A stretch of 64,000 nt of DNA from NCBI GenBank assembly GCA_017935145.1, contig JAGBIE010000014.1:71047-135046 (forward strand), given 5' to 3'. Shown here in pieces: positions 16,749 through 25,986 of the stretch. The stretch's first letter is position 1. Every line of letters starts with the position of its first letter. This DNA comes from Oscillospiraceae bacterium (GTDB taxonomy: Bacteria; Bacillota; Clostridia; Oscillospirales; Oscillospiraceae). A program made the position numbers and the translations under genes. Below the pieces are notes generated by a model. It was given only the letters and a program-made list of their open reading frames with translations. It did not search any database and was not told where the DNA came from.

Positions 16749-17399
16749 ATGTTTCAAGGTTTCAGCCCCGAGACCATTGATTTTCTCTGGGGCATCCGTA
16801 TGAATAATAACCGCGAATGGTTTGGGGAACATAAACAGCAGTATGTGGATACCCTCTATGAACCCATGAAATCCCTTGCAGCGGAGATTTCTCAGAAACT
16901 TGCCAAACACCCTGGTATGATTTGCAAAACATCCCGCATTTATCGGGATATGCGCATCCCGCACGATACTCCTTACAAGGAGAGTCTGTGGATTTGTATC
17001 CGCAGAGATAGCACATGGTGGATGCGTGAACCGAGCCTATATTTTGAAATTACCCCTGATGGTTTCTCTTATGGCTTTTTGTTCTATGATCCCACAGTGC
17101 AGATGATGGATGAAATGCGTAAAGATATGGCAACTCATCCCGATGAATTTCTCAAAATGGTAAAATGTGTGCAAAGGAGAAGTGGACTTCGTGTGACAGG
17201 CAAGACCTATAAACGAAAAAAACCTTGTCCTGAACAGAAAGTAGAGGAGTTCTTCCAACTGAAAAACATCATGATGATGCATGAAGAACCCGTGTCGGAG
17301 AAACTTTTCTCCCCAGAACTAGCGACCACAGTGCGGAAATGTTTGGAAGCGCTGTATCCTCTGTGTCAATACTGCCAAAGATTTGCGGACATGGGGTAA
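16749..17399 (+). CDS. DUF2461 (TIGR02453) family protein
   Basis: FSPETIDFLWGIRMNNNREWF N-terminus is characteristic of the family. Confidence 0.7.
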   Translation: MFQGFSPETIDFLWGIRMNNNREWFGEHKQQYVDTLYEPMKSLAAEISQKLAKHPGMICKTSRIYRDMRIPHDTPYKESLWICIRRDSTWWMREPSLYFEITPDGFSYGFLFYDPTVQMMDEMRKDMATHPDEFLKMVKCVQRRSGLRVTGKTYKRKKPCPEQKVEEFFQLKNIMMMHEEPVSEKLFSPELATTVRKCLEALYPLCQYCQRFADMG

Positions 17400-17416
17400 A
17401 TCATAAGTGGAAAGAT

Positions 17417-17452
17417 AACATTGCAGGTCTCTGTGGCCTGCAATGTTTTTTT
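17417..17452 (+). terminator. intrinsic terminator
   Basis: AACATTGCAGG / CCTGCAATGTT stem followed by TTTTTTT. Confidence 0.8.
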
Positions 17453-17618
17453 CAATTTAATGCCAATTTTTTATCAGATGAAATTTCCTTGCAAACAAGG
17501 GAAAATACCAAATTTCACAAGGAAAATTTGCTTGCTTTTGCTAAATGATACGGCGGGAGAAAGAAACTTTAGCGGGCATATTAATAAGGCATGATGGCGA
17601 GAGATGAGGTGAAGGAAC

Positions 17619-18566
17619 ATGCAACTCAAAAGACGCATTTGTGCGCTCTTATTACTTCTATTTCTTTTACAAACAAAGGCTTTTGCTACAGAAACCAAAA
17701 TGCTCATCCCAGGTGGGCACACGGTGGGAATAAAAGCCTATGCGCAAGGGCTTGTGGTTTCGGGTGTGGAAAAAGATTCGCCTGCTGAAAAGGCGGGATT
17801 ACGGCAAGGCGATATACTCCTCGATGCCAATTCAGTAGAGCAACTACGGGAACAAATGAAGAACAATACGCAATTAACCCTTTCGGTTCTTCGTGGTGGC
17901 GAGACCAAAACCATTTCCTTTTGCCCAGCGATCAAGGAGGGGAAACGGCATTTAGGCGCTTATGTGCGCGACAGTGTGGCGGGTATTGGTACTGTTACCT
18001 ACTATGATGCCGAAAACAGCACCTTTGGCGCTTTGGGACATGGTATTAGCGATTTTTCGGGGACACAGACACTTCCCATCAGCGGTGGGGAAGTGGTCTC
18101 TTCCGCTGTCCGTGAGGTTGTGCGAGGCGTCAGTGGCACGGCGGGGCGTTTAAAAGGAGAGTTTGACACATCCAAGACCCTCGGTGTGATTCTTAAAAAC
18201 ACAGATAAGGGCATTTTTGGCGCAGCGGAAGCTCCCACAATTGAGCCCATTCCTATAGCGAACACAGAAGAGATTCATGCAGGCAAAGCGCAAATTTATT
18301 CCAATGTAAAGGCAGACCAAGTAGAGATGTATGACATTGAGATTGTAAAGTGCTATGATGGTCGGCAGAGTCACGGACGGGACATGCTGATTCGCATTAC
18401 AGATGAAGAACTACTCAAAACCACAGGTGGCATCGTGCAGGGTATGTCGGGTAGTCCCATCATTCAAGATGGAAAATTAGTCGGTGCGGTAACCCATGTG
18501 CTAGTCCATGACCCCTCACTGGGGTACGGGATTTATATTGAAAACATGTTAGACGCTGCGGCATAA
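17619..18566 (+). CDS. spoIVB: SpoIVB peptidase (S55), sporulation signalling protease
   Basis: Signal/TM segment. PDZ-like AGLRQGDILL. GTVTYYD...FGALGHGI and GMSGSPIIQDGKLVGAVTHVL catalytic-Ser region. Confidence 0.88.
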   Translation: MQLKRRICALLLLLFLLQTKAFATETKMLIPGGHTVGIKAYAQGLVVSGVEKDSPAEKAGLRQGDILLDANSVEQLREQMKNNTQLTLSVLRGGETKTISFCPAIKEGKRHLGAYVRDSVAGIGTVTYYDAENSTFGALGHGISDFSGTQTLPISGGEVVSSAVREVVRGVSGTAGRLKGEFDTSKTLGVILKNTDKGIFGAAEAPTIEPIPIANTEEIHAGKAQIYSNVKADQVEMYDIEIVKCYDGRQSHGRDMLIRITDEELLKTTGGIVQGMSGSPIIQDGKLVGAVTHVLVHDPSLGYGIYIENMLDAAA

Positions 18567-18573
18567 AGGATTT

Positions 18574-18606
18574 GACAGGGGTAAAAGTACCCCTGTCCTT
18601 TTCTTT
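18574..18606 (+). terminator. intrinsic terminator
   Basis: GACAGGGGTA / TACCCCTGTC stem with a 4-nt loop and a T-rich tail. Confidence 0.8.
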
Positions 18607-18671
18607 CATTGTGTGTTATAATCGTTTCAGCAGGAATGAGAGACCTGCGTGTAGAGAAAGAGAGTATTATT

Positions 18672-19958
18672 ATGAAAATTAATACGAAGGAATTGTCCTA
18701 CGAAGAAGTGCTGAAATTACCTCGCCTTCAACACAAGACTCCCATGAAGCCACAGGCGTGGTTGGCTACCATTGTCCGCATCGTGTGCGCCCCCACACTG
18801 CGCAAAATTAAGTTTTCTTATACCTCGGAGCGCATGGAGCTTGTAAAAAAGCAACCTTGCCTCATTTTAATGAATCACTCTAGCTTCACAGATATGAAGC
18901 TGGCATTTGGCATTTTCTATCCCAGAAAAATGGGTATTGTCACATCTGTGGATGCTATGAGTGGCATTCTTGGCAAGCTGATGCGCTTGCTGGGATGCAC
19001 GCCTACCCACAAATATGTTGCAGATATGACCCTCATCCAAGATATCCAGCATATGCTCAAAAAGAATAAGACCAGCGTGCTGATGTATCCTGAAGCGGGA
19101 TATTCCTTTGATGGTTGTGCGACTGCCATACCAAGGAAGATGGGCGTTTTAATGAAACGCCTTGGCGTGCCAGTTGTGACTGTGATTACCCAAGGCGCAT
19201 TCCACAGAGACCCGCTGTACAATATGCTCCAAATTCGCGATGTGAAAGTGAGCGCCCATGTGAAATGCATTGCAACAGCGGAAGAAGTGAAGGAAAAGTC
19301 AGTTGAGGAACTGGATGCTTTATTGGATGAAGCTTTCTCCTTTGATAACTTTGCATGGCAGAGAGACAACCGCGTTTCTATCGATGTGCCCTTCCGCGCA
19401 GATGGTCTGCACAGAATTCTTTATAAATGCCCTCATTGTGGTGCAGAAAATCAGATGGAAGGCAAGGGAATCCATCTTATCTGCCATCATTGTGAAAAAC
19501 AGTGGCTCATGGATGAATACGGACAACTGTCCGCCACGGAAGGGGAGACAGAATACCCCCACATCCCCGATTGGTATAGATGGCAACGGGACTGTGTTCG
19601 TGAGGAATTGAAAAATGGAACCTATTCCTTGGACACGGAAGTGGAAATCGCCATTCAGGTGAACCTGAACGGTGTGTATAAAATTGGCAGTGGTCGATTG
19701 ACCCACTCCTTAGATGGTTTCCGCTTGGTCGGTGCTGATGGGAAATTGGATTATATTCAGCCTCCCACATTCTCCCATACGCTGTATGCAGACTATTACT
19801 GGTATGAAATCGGCGATGTCATTGGGATTGGCAACAATGAATTTTCTTATTTTTGTTTCCCCAAGGGGAATGTGTCTGTTACCAAGGCCCGTTTAGCAAC
19901 AGAAGAACTCTATAACATGAAAAAGAAGCGCAAAACAATTCCCCAAATGGCTCAATAA
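18672..19958 (+). CDS. PlsC-family lysophospholipid acyltransferase with C-terminal Zn-ribbon-containing extension
   Basis: HX4D box in LMNHSSFTDM, plus YPEAG. The C-terminal half has CPHCG...CHHC. Start taken at MKINTKEL. Confidence 0.7.
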   Translation: MKINTKELSYEEVLKLPRLQHKTPMKPQAWLATIVRIVCAPTLRKIKFSYTSERMELVKKQPCLILMNHSSFTDMKLAFGIFYPRKMGIVTSVDAMSGILGKLMRLLGCTPTHKYVADMTLIQDIQHMLKKNKTSVLMYPEAGYSFDGCATAIPRKMGVLMKRLGVPVVTVITQGAFHRDPLYNMLQIRDVKVSAHVKCIATAEEVKEKSVEELDALLDEAFSFDNFAWQRDNRVSIDVPFRADGLHRILYKCPHCGAENQMEGKGIHLICHHCEKQWLMDEYGQLSATEGETEYPHIPDWYRWQRDCVREELKNGTYSLDTEVEIAIQVNLNGVYKIGSGRLTHSLDGFRLVGADGKLDYIQPPTFSHTLYADYYWYEIGDVIGIGNNEFSYFCFPKGNVSVTKARLATEELYNMKKKRKTIPQMAQ

Positions 19959-19969
19959 GGAGAATGGAT

Positions 19970-20659
19970 ATGAGAAAAGTTGTTGTGATTACTGGTGCAA
20001 CGGATGGCTTAGGAAAAGAACTTGCCATTTTGCTTTCTTCCAATTACGATTTGGCACTGTGTGGAAGAAGCAATGAAAAAATGCAAAATCTCTTAAGTCT
20101 ACTCGATGAAACCTGCACTGTGTATTCCGAATGCTTTGATATTACCGACACTGAAAAACGCTCTTATTTCTGCCAAAATGCCCAAAAGAATTTGGGTAGA
20201 ATCGATATCCTCATCAACAATGCAGGCGCAAACACGAAAAAAGATAAGGTGACAGACATCCAGCTAGATGACCTGCGCTATATGTTTGAATTAAACTGTG
20301 TGAGCGCCTTGGCGATGATTCAAAATTGCTATCCCGCTCTCTGTCGGCAGAAAGGTCTTGTTGTTAACATTCTCAGTAGCTGTTGTCTTTTTAATAACCC
20401 CTTGACGGGCAGTTATTCTGCCTCCAAGGATGCCATGGAGGGTTTGAGTAAGATTCTCCTAAAAGAAGCCAAGCAAGATGGCGTTGGCGTGTGTAATGTG
20501 TATCCCGGTGGTATTGATACCAATTTTAGAGCTGTGGCAAATCACACATATCTGCGTCCTAAAACGGTTGCAAAAATGATTTTGGCTTGCATTGAAAACG
20601 AAGAGGGCTGTGTGCATGATATTGTCATCCGCCCCGATTCGGAAATGAATATTTGCTGA
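19970..20659 (+). CDS. SDR-family oxidoreductase
   Basis: ITGATDGLGKELA (TGxxxGxG), NNAG and YSASK (YxxxK). AAGGAGA sits 6 nt upstream of ATG 19970. Confidence 0.85.
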   Translation: MRKVVVITGATDGLGKELAILLSSNYDLALCGRSNEKMQNLLSLLDETCTVYSECFDITDTEKRSYFCQNAQKNLGRIDILINNAGANTKKDKVTDIQLDDLRYMFELNCVSALAMIQNCYPALCRQKGLVVNILSSCCLFNNPLTGSYSASKDAMEGLSKILLKEAKQDGVGVCNVYPGGIDTNFRAVANHTYLRPKTVAKMILACIENEEGCVHDIVIRPDSEMNIC

Positions 20660-20692
20660 TCTGTCTGTAAACTTCAGGAAAGGAGTGCGACC

Positions 20693-21436
20693 ATGACTTT
20701 GCAGAAAAGACCTTTTGGGCTTTTAAGCGGAAATATGCTTAAGTGTATTGCGGCATGTTCCATGCTACTAGACCATATAGGCTACTTTCTCTTTCCGCAG
20801 TATGACATTCTCCGCATTTTAGGTCGCCCTGCATTTCCTATTTTTGCGTTTATGATTTCTGAGGGTTGCCGATACACTAAAAACAAGAAGAGGTATTTTC
20901 TTACCGTCTTTCTTTTGGCAAGTTTATTACAGCTGATTTGCTATTTTGCCATCGGCATGACAGACCTCATTAGCCTGATGGGCTTTGCCATAGGTATTTT
21001 GCTTGTCTATGCTTTGCAGTTTTGGAAACATCAGCTTTTCATGCCGAATATTCCTCTTTGGAAAAAAGCAGTTTCTATTTTGCCCCTTGTGTTGGGTGTA
21101 GTGAGCACTGCCATCCTGTGTAAATATGTTTATTTAGACTACGGCTTTTGGGGTTGCACCATGATGCTTTTCCCATCCCTCGTAGATAGCAGTGATGCAA
21201 ATGCTCCCCAGTGGCTAAGAAAAGCAGACCGCCTGTGGATTCGGGTGTTATGGATGTTACCGCCCATGCTCCTTTTGATTCAGGAAAGTGTATCGCTCCA
21301 AATTTGGTCTCTTGTGGCACTGCCCCTACTGTTTCTCTATTCCGGTAAGCGCGGAAAGCGCCCCATGAAATACTTCTTCTACATTTTCTATCCTGCCCAT
21401 GTTGGAATTTTGGCACTACTGAGCATGGTGCTGTAG
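20693..21436 (+). CDS. TraX-family membrane protein
   Basis: LKCIAACSMLLDHIGYF and polytopic profile with YIFYPAHVGILAL are typical of TraX-like proteins. Confidence 0.7.
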   Translation: MTLQKRPFGLLSGNMLKCIAACSMLLDHIGYFLFPQYDILRILGRPAFPIFAFMISEGCRYTKNKKRYFLTVFLLASLLQLICYFAIGMTDLISLMGFAIGILLVYALQFWKHQLFMPNIPLWKKAVSILPLVLGVVSTAILCKYVYLDYGFWGCTMMLFPSLVDSSDANAPQWLRKADRLWIRVLWMLPPMLLLIQESVSLQIWSLVALPLLFLYSGKRGKRPMKYFFYIFYPAHVGILALLSMVL

Positions 21437-21551
21437 AAAGCCAATGAAAAAGGTGTTTTGCAACCCTCAGTTGCGCAAATTCCAGTTTCATTTGGTGGTG
21501 TGCTACTGCATTGTGTGAGATAATGCAGATACCATCAAAGGAGGAACTACT

Positions 21552-22232
21552 ATGAATTTTAACGAACGACTTGTTTCTTTTCGAAAAGCCCGCGGACTCA
21601 ACCAAGAGACTCTTGCGGACCAAGTGGGCGTATCCCGACAGGCTGTCAGCAAATGGGAAACAGGGGAGGCGCAACCCGATTTTGCAAAACTCCTTGCTTT
21701 GGCAGATGCCTTGGAGGTCAGTTTAGATGAGCTCTGCGGTCGCGTGCAAACTGATATGTCTCCGTTTACACCTGTAGAGCAATCCACTCACAAGAAAACT
21801 GGTACAAAAATTGCCATTATTTCTCTTGCGGTAGTGACGGCATTGCTCCTCTTGTGCCTCGTTGGTTTGCTGCTTTTTGGACGTGCTGATACCATACAAG
21901 AGGAAACATCGTCCGTTGTGCTTACCACACCTATCACTGTTTCAGGCATGGAGTTTTCTCGACAAGGCAATTTGGTGCAGTATAGTTTCTCCATGAGTGT
22001 TGTAGATGAAACCTGTGCCTATGAGGTGACATTTACCAATCATGATGGCACGGTAGAAACATCCAAACCCCAGTTTACTAGTGGTGTATTTCATGGCACT
22101 GTGAAGATTTCTGAGTATAGCACCTATCGTGTGAATGTTACCGTTACACAGGGGGATCAGCATCGGGTTGTTCCTGTGCTGATAGACCTGAGTTTTGGCC
22201 CAAATGGCTATTCTTACAATACAGTAGATTAA
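21552..22232 (+). CDS. XRE-family HTH protein with a TM helix and extracytoplasmic domain
   Basis: LVSFRKARGLNQETLADQVGVSRQAVSKWETGEAQPD HTH, followed by the TM helix IAIISLAVVTALLLLCLVGLLLF. Confidence 0.8.
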   Translation: MNFNERLVSFRKARGLNQETLADQVGVSRQAVSKWETGEAQPDFAKLLALADALEVSLDELCGRVQTDMSPFTPVEQSTHKKTGTKIAIISLAVVTALLLLCLVGLLLFGRADTIQEETSSVVLTTPITVSGMEFSRQGNLVQYSFSMSVVDETCAYEVTFTNHDGTVETSKPQFTSGVFHGTVKISEYSTYRVNVTVTQGDQHRVVPVLIDLSFGPNGYSYNTVD

Positions 22233-22258
22233 AAAAGGCTCGTGAGAGCCTTTTTTCT
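22231..22258 (+). terminator. intrinsic terminator
   Basis: AAAAAAGGCTC GTGA GAGCCTTTTTT. Confidence 0.8.
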
Positions 22259-22286
22259 TTGCATTTGGACGGATGTTTGGTATAAT
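22259..22286 (+). promoter_or_regulatory. sigma-A-like extended -10 promoter
   Basis: TTGCAT (22259-22264), 16-nt spacer ending in TGg, then TATAAT (22281-22286). Confidence 0.5.
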
Positions 22287-22305
22287 GCACTTAAGAGGTG
22301 AAAGT

Positions 22306-23154
22306 ATGGAGTATCTGCTGTTGACCGCTGCGGTTGTGTTTGCAGCAGGTCAAAATGTGGCAAAGAAATCATATCAGCATAAAACAGAGCGATCCACCAT
22401 GTTCTTTTTCCCCTTGGTGGCTTCTCTTACGGCCCTGTTGCTGTTTGTTCTTTTGTCCAAATTTCAGCTCTGTTTTACCTTGGATTTGTTGCCGTATAGC
22501 ATTGGGTTTGCGGTATCTTACGCTTGCGCTTTATGTAGCAGTGTTCTTGCCATGAAGTATGGTTCTATGGCCATTACGCTCTTGGCTTCGTCCTATTCCT
22601 TGGTGATTCCCACCCTCTATGGTGTGACTGTCTTGCGAGAAACCATGGATGCGCTGATGATTGTAGGTTTTGTAGCACTCCTGATTTCGCTGTTTTTGAT
22701 TCGCAAACCAGCAAAGCACGAAAAATTGGATGGGAAGTTCTTTCTGTGCTGGATTCTTTCCTTTTTTGGCAACGGATTTTGTTCTGTGGCGCAAAAGATG
22801 CAACAGATTGCCTCTGAGGGGAAACAGAAAAGTGAGTTCATGATTCTCTCCTTGGGGCTTTGCGTACTGTTTTTGCTCATTGGTGTGCTTGCAAAAAGGG
22901 AAAAGCCGTTATCTCCTCGCACGGAGTGGCCTTTCGGCATATTGTGCGGTGCATGCAACGGACTTATGAATTACTCTGTGCTAGTTCTCACAGGACTTTT
23001 ACCCAATGTGATTTTGTATCCCAGCATTTCCGCAGGTGGCGTGGTCATCGGTTTTTTGATTGCCACTTTGGGTTATAAAGAACGTCTTTGTACGCGCCAA
23101 TATGCGGGCTATGCCATGGGACTTATATCGATTCTTTTGCTGTCTGTATTCTGA
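22306..23154 (+). CDS. DMT/EamA-like permease
   Basis: Ten-TM profile with duplicated halves. ATG 22306 after AGAGGTG. Confidence 0.6.
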   Translation: MEYLLLTAAVVFAAGQNVAKKSYQHKTERSTMFFFPLVASLTALLLFVLLSKFQLCFTLDLLPYSIGFAVSYACALCSSVLAMKYGSMAITLLASSYSLVIPTLYGVTVLRETMDALMIVGFVALLISLFLIRKPAKHEKLDGKFFLCWILSFFGNGFCSVAQKMQQIASEGKQKSEFMILSLGLCVLFLLIGVLAKREKPLSPRTEWPFGILCGACNGLMNYSVLVLTGLLPNVILYPSISAGGVVIGFLIATLGYKERLCTRQYAGYAMGLISILLLSVF

Positions 23155-23171
23155 AAAAAGGGGGAAACGCT

Positions 23172-24143
23172 ATGAAGAAAACGATCATCGTGATTGCCGT
23201 TTGTGTTGTGCTATTGGGGATTGTTGCCGATCTTTTTGGCTTTGGCCTGTTCCCTAGATACGATGTCTACCTTTCGGATTATCGTGTCTCGGCCGATGGC
23301 TCTTCACTGACCTTTGCTGTGGGCGTTAGTTCTCCTGCGGGCTATGTGCGCAAAATGGATTGGAAACAGACCAATGGAACATTGTATTTAGACTTCTATC
23401 CTGCCTTTGGCGGCATCAATGGGAACTGGGGCGCGCAGAACCAGTTTACCGTGCCCCTCCATGAAGAGACAACCACCATCTCCGTCTGCCGTGGTACAGA
23501 TGTCTATGTTGAAATTCTGCGCAAGGATTTTAACGGCAACTGGCTGGATGCCAGAGAAGTGGATTTAGAAAATCTTAAAACCATATATCATGCAGATCAG
23601 CCTATTTTTGAGGGTCCCAGTTACGATACCAACTATCTGGGGGTAATAGAAACAGCGGGCAATTACGCATTTCCAGAGGTTGCCAAGGATGATGAGGGTA
23701 ACCTTTGGGGTCACTTGGCGGATGGACGCGGATGGGTGGATTTGACCTATGCCGAGGAAAGCAAGGATGCTCCTCTCACCGCTGGCTTTGCTTGGAAGTC
23801 CTTGCTGGATGGTGAAAACTATCATGAGTTTATTGGCTCTGAGCATGACTACACCAATGATATTGCACTGATTGCCCATGATACGCTCACAGATTTTACT
23901 CTTTATGGTATGACCATTGCCTGCAGTTTGCAGGTGGATCGGGAACTGTTTTCTCTGGAAACGCTGACACCTGAAAAACCATTGGTGGCAACCCTTATGT
24001 TTCCTGGTGATTTGACCACCTACGGCATTGGTTTTATCTGTGATGGCACTGAGTATTTCTATACGATTAGTCTCAGTGGTCGTAATGGCACTGTGGTGTT
24101 TCAGCCCTTTACGCCCTCCAATCTTCACTTATTCCGTTCTTAA
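23172..24143 (+). CDS. hypothetical N-terminally anchored extracytoplasmic protein
   Basis: MKKTIIVIAVCVVLLGIV anchor after an AGGGGGA RBS. No recognisable domain. Confidence 0.6.
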   Translation: MKKTIIVIAVCVVLLGIVADLFGFGLFPRYDVYLSDYRVSADGSSLTFAVGVSSPAGYVRKMDWKQTNGTLYLDFYPAFGGINGNWGAQNQFTVPLHEETTTISVCRGTDVYVEILRKDFNGNWLDAREVDLENLKTIYHADQPIFEGPSYDTNYLGVIETAGNYAFPEVAKDDEGNLWGHLADGRGWVDLTYAEESKDAPLTAGFAWKSLLDGENYHEFIGSEHDYTNDIALIAHDTLTDFTLYGMTIACSLQVDRELFSLETLTPEKPLVATLMFPGDLTTYGIGFICDGTEYFYTISLSGRNGTVVFQPFTPSNLHLFRS

Positions 24144-24155
24144 AGGAGAGAAAGT

Positions 24156-24947
24156 ATGAACGTAGGCTTTATTGGCGCAGGGAACATGGGTGGCGCAATC
24201 GCTATGGCGGTGCGCAAATCTGTTCCCCATGCGAAAATTTATGTGGCAGAGCACAACGCAGATAAAGCACAGCGCCTTATCGATACTGTTGGTGCTGTTG
24301 CGTGCGATGTGCAAAATATTGCTGAGATATGTGATTTTGTGTTCTTGGGTGTGAAACCCCAGACCATTCGCACCCTTTTGGAAGAAATCTCAAACATCTC
24401 GTCCCGCAAAGAAGACGCTGTCTATATTTCCATGGCAGCAGGCGTTACCTTGGAAACCCTTTGCGGATATTTGGGTGCATCTCCCGTGATTCGTATTATG
24501 CCCAACACTCCCGTGGCGGTGGGTGAGGGGATGACCCTATATGCCTGCTCTTGTGGAGTTAGTCCCGCACAGGAAAAGGACTTCTTATCCCTCATGGCGC
24601 AATCTGGAAAGGTGGACTCGCTGGATGAGGCGCTCATTGATGCAGGTTGTGCTGTGGCGGGTTGTGGACCAGCCTTTGCATTTCTCTTTGCGGAAGCTTT
24701 GGCAAAAGGTGGTATAGCTTGCGGTCTTACAGAAGAAAAGGCTATTTCCTATGCCGCACAAATGCTCTACGGTTCTGCAAAACTTCTCATGGAGAGCGAA
24801 AAAAACGCAAGACAGTTGCGTGAAGCGGTGTGCAGTCCTGGCGGTAGCACTATCCGCGGAGTGCAGTCTTTAGAAGAACATGGCTTCGGTGAGATTACTG
24901 CAAATGCCGTTCAAAAATCCTTTGAACGAACAAAAGAATTGGGCTGA
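24156..24947 (+). CDS. proC: pyrroline-5-carboxylate reductase
   Basis: GFIGAGNMGGAI Rossmann motif, VIRIMPNTP and SPGGSTI motifs. Confidence 0.9.
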   Translation: MNVGFIGAGNMGGAIAMAVRKSVPHAKIYVAEHNADKAQRLIDTVGAVACDVQNIAEICDFVFLGVKPQTIRTLLEEISNISSRKEDAVYISMAAGVTLETLCGYLGASPVIRIMPNTPVAVGEGMTLYACSCGVSPAQEKDFLSLMAQSGKVDSLDEALIDAGCAVAGCGPAFAFLFAEALAKGGIACGLTEEKAISYAAQMLYGSAKLLMESEKNARQLREAVCSPGGSTIRGVQSLEEHGFGEITANAVQKSFERTKELG

Positions 24948-24958
24948 TTTGCGAATTT

Positions 24959-24975
24959 TGTCGAAAAATGTCGAA
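24959..24975 (+). promoter_or_regulatory. two direct consensus 0A boxes upstream of spo0A
   Basis: TGTCGAA at 24959-24965 and again at 24969-24975 (10-bp register), about 130 nt upstream of the spo0A ATG. Confidence 0.6.
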
Positions 24976-25106
24976 CGAAAGTTGGCAGAAAACGGCTTTT
25001 TTCCATTGAAAAAATGAGAGTATTGTGTTAAATTGTAGACATCGCGAGCGATATGGAAAAGACAGTGTCTAAAAACCAAAATAATCATTTACAGGAGAGT
25101 TGTGCA

Positions 25107-25880
25107 ATGAACCGCGTGACAAGAATAGTCATCGCTGACAGTAGTCAGCAATTTGGCGAAACGCTTAGAGATAGACTCAACGGGATTGACGGATATGATG
25201 TTGTCGCGGTAACTCAGGATGGCAAGACAGCCACAGAACTGCTCACGACCTTACAGCCTGATGTGTTGGTTGTGGACACCATGTTGCCTGTGTTGGATGG
25301 TCTTGGCGTTGCTAAAGTAGCAACAAAAATGGAAAAATGTCCTGTGATTTTAGCCCTTAGTGGCTATATGACGGAGTTTTTGTCCTTTATGGCAAAAGCA
25401 GTAGGTGTGCAGTATTTCTTGGCAAAACCCTGCAGTGAAGATCTTGTGGTCGAGCGCCTAAACGAAATTTTGTCTTTCGTAGAACAGAATGGCACCAAAG
25501 AAGAAGTCAGCATTGAGGCTATGGTTACATCTGTGATTCACGAAATTGGCGTTCCTGCACATATTAAAGGCTATCAGTATCTGCGGGAAGCAATTATGAT
25601 TGCCGTGAAGGATATGGATGTCATTAATGCTATCACCAAAGTGTTGTATCCTCAGGTGGCGAAAACCTTCCAAACCACACCCAGTCGTGTGGAGCGTGCC
25701 ATTCGCCATGCCATCGAGGTGGCATGGGATAGAGGCGATTTGGAAACTCTACAACAGTTCTTCGGCTATACAGTTTCCAACACCAAGGGCAAACCCACCA
25801 ATTCGGAGTTTATTGCCCTGATTGCAGACAAACTCCAACTGCAACTGAAAAACGCATCTCGCAGTGCAGTTATGGCATAA
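25107..25880 (+). CDS. spo0A: sporulation master regulator Spo0A
   Basis: Receiver domain ([15 protein letters not shown]) plus the diagnostic C-domain [18 protein letters not shown]...[15 protein letters not shown]...KPTNSEFIA. The start is after a CAGGAGAG RBS. Confidence 0.93.
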   Translation: MNRVTRIVIADSSQQFGETLRDRLNGIDGYDVVAVTQDGKTATELLTTLQPDVLVVDTMLPVLDGLGVAKVATKMEKCPVILALSGYMTEFLSFMAKAVGVQYFLAKPCSEDLVVERLNEILSFVEQNGTKEEVSIEAMVTSVIHEIGVPAHIKGYQYLREAIMIAVKDMDVINAITKVLYPQVAKTFQTTPSRVERAIRHAIEVAWDRGDLETLQQFFGYTVSNTKGKPTNSEFIALIADKLQLQLKNASRSAVMA

Positions 25881-25890
25881 AAAAGTGTGA

Positions 25891-25926
25891 AAGAAGACGG
25901 TCTTTGACCGTCTTCTTTATTTTTTG
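25891..25926 (+). terminator. intrinsic terminator
   Basis: AAGAAGACGG / CCGTCTTCTT stem followed by a T-tract. Confidence 0.8.
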
Positions 25927-25986
25927 TGGACAAAATGGGGAAAGTTTGTTATAATATGCACAATCATTGTTGTGAGGTGCTATTTC

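Noticed and set aside
17540-17590. Forespore sigma-G/sigma-F promoter upstream of spoIVB
   Set aside because: CATATTA (17577-17583) fits the -10 pattern CATnnTA, but no GnATR-type -35 element lies 17-18 nt upstream. The evidence is insufficient.
21075-21674. 199-aa minus-strand ORF spanning the traX-family 3' end and the HTH gene start
   Set aside because: It bridges two well-supported plus-strand genes and their intergenic region, and has no RBS or motifs.
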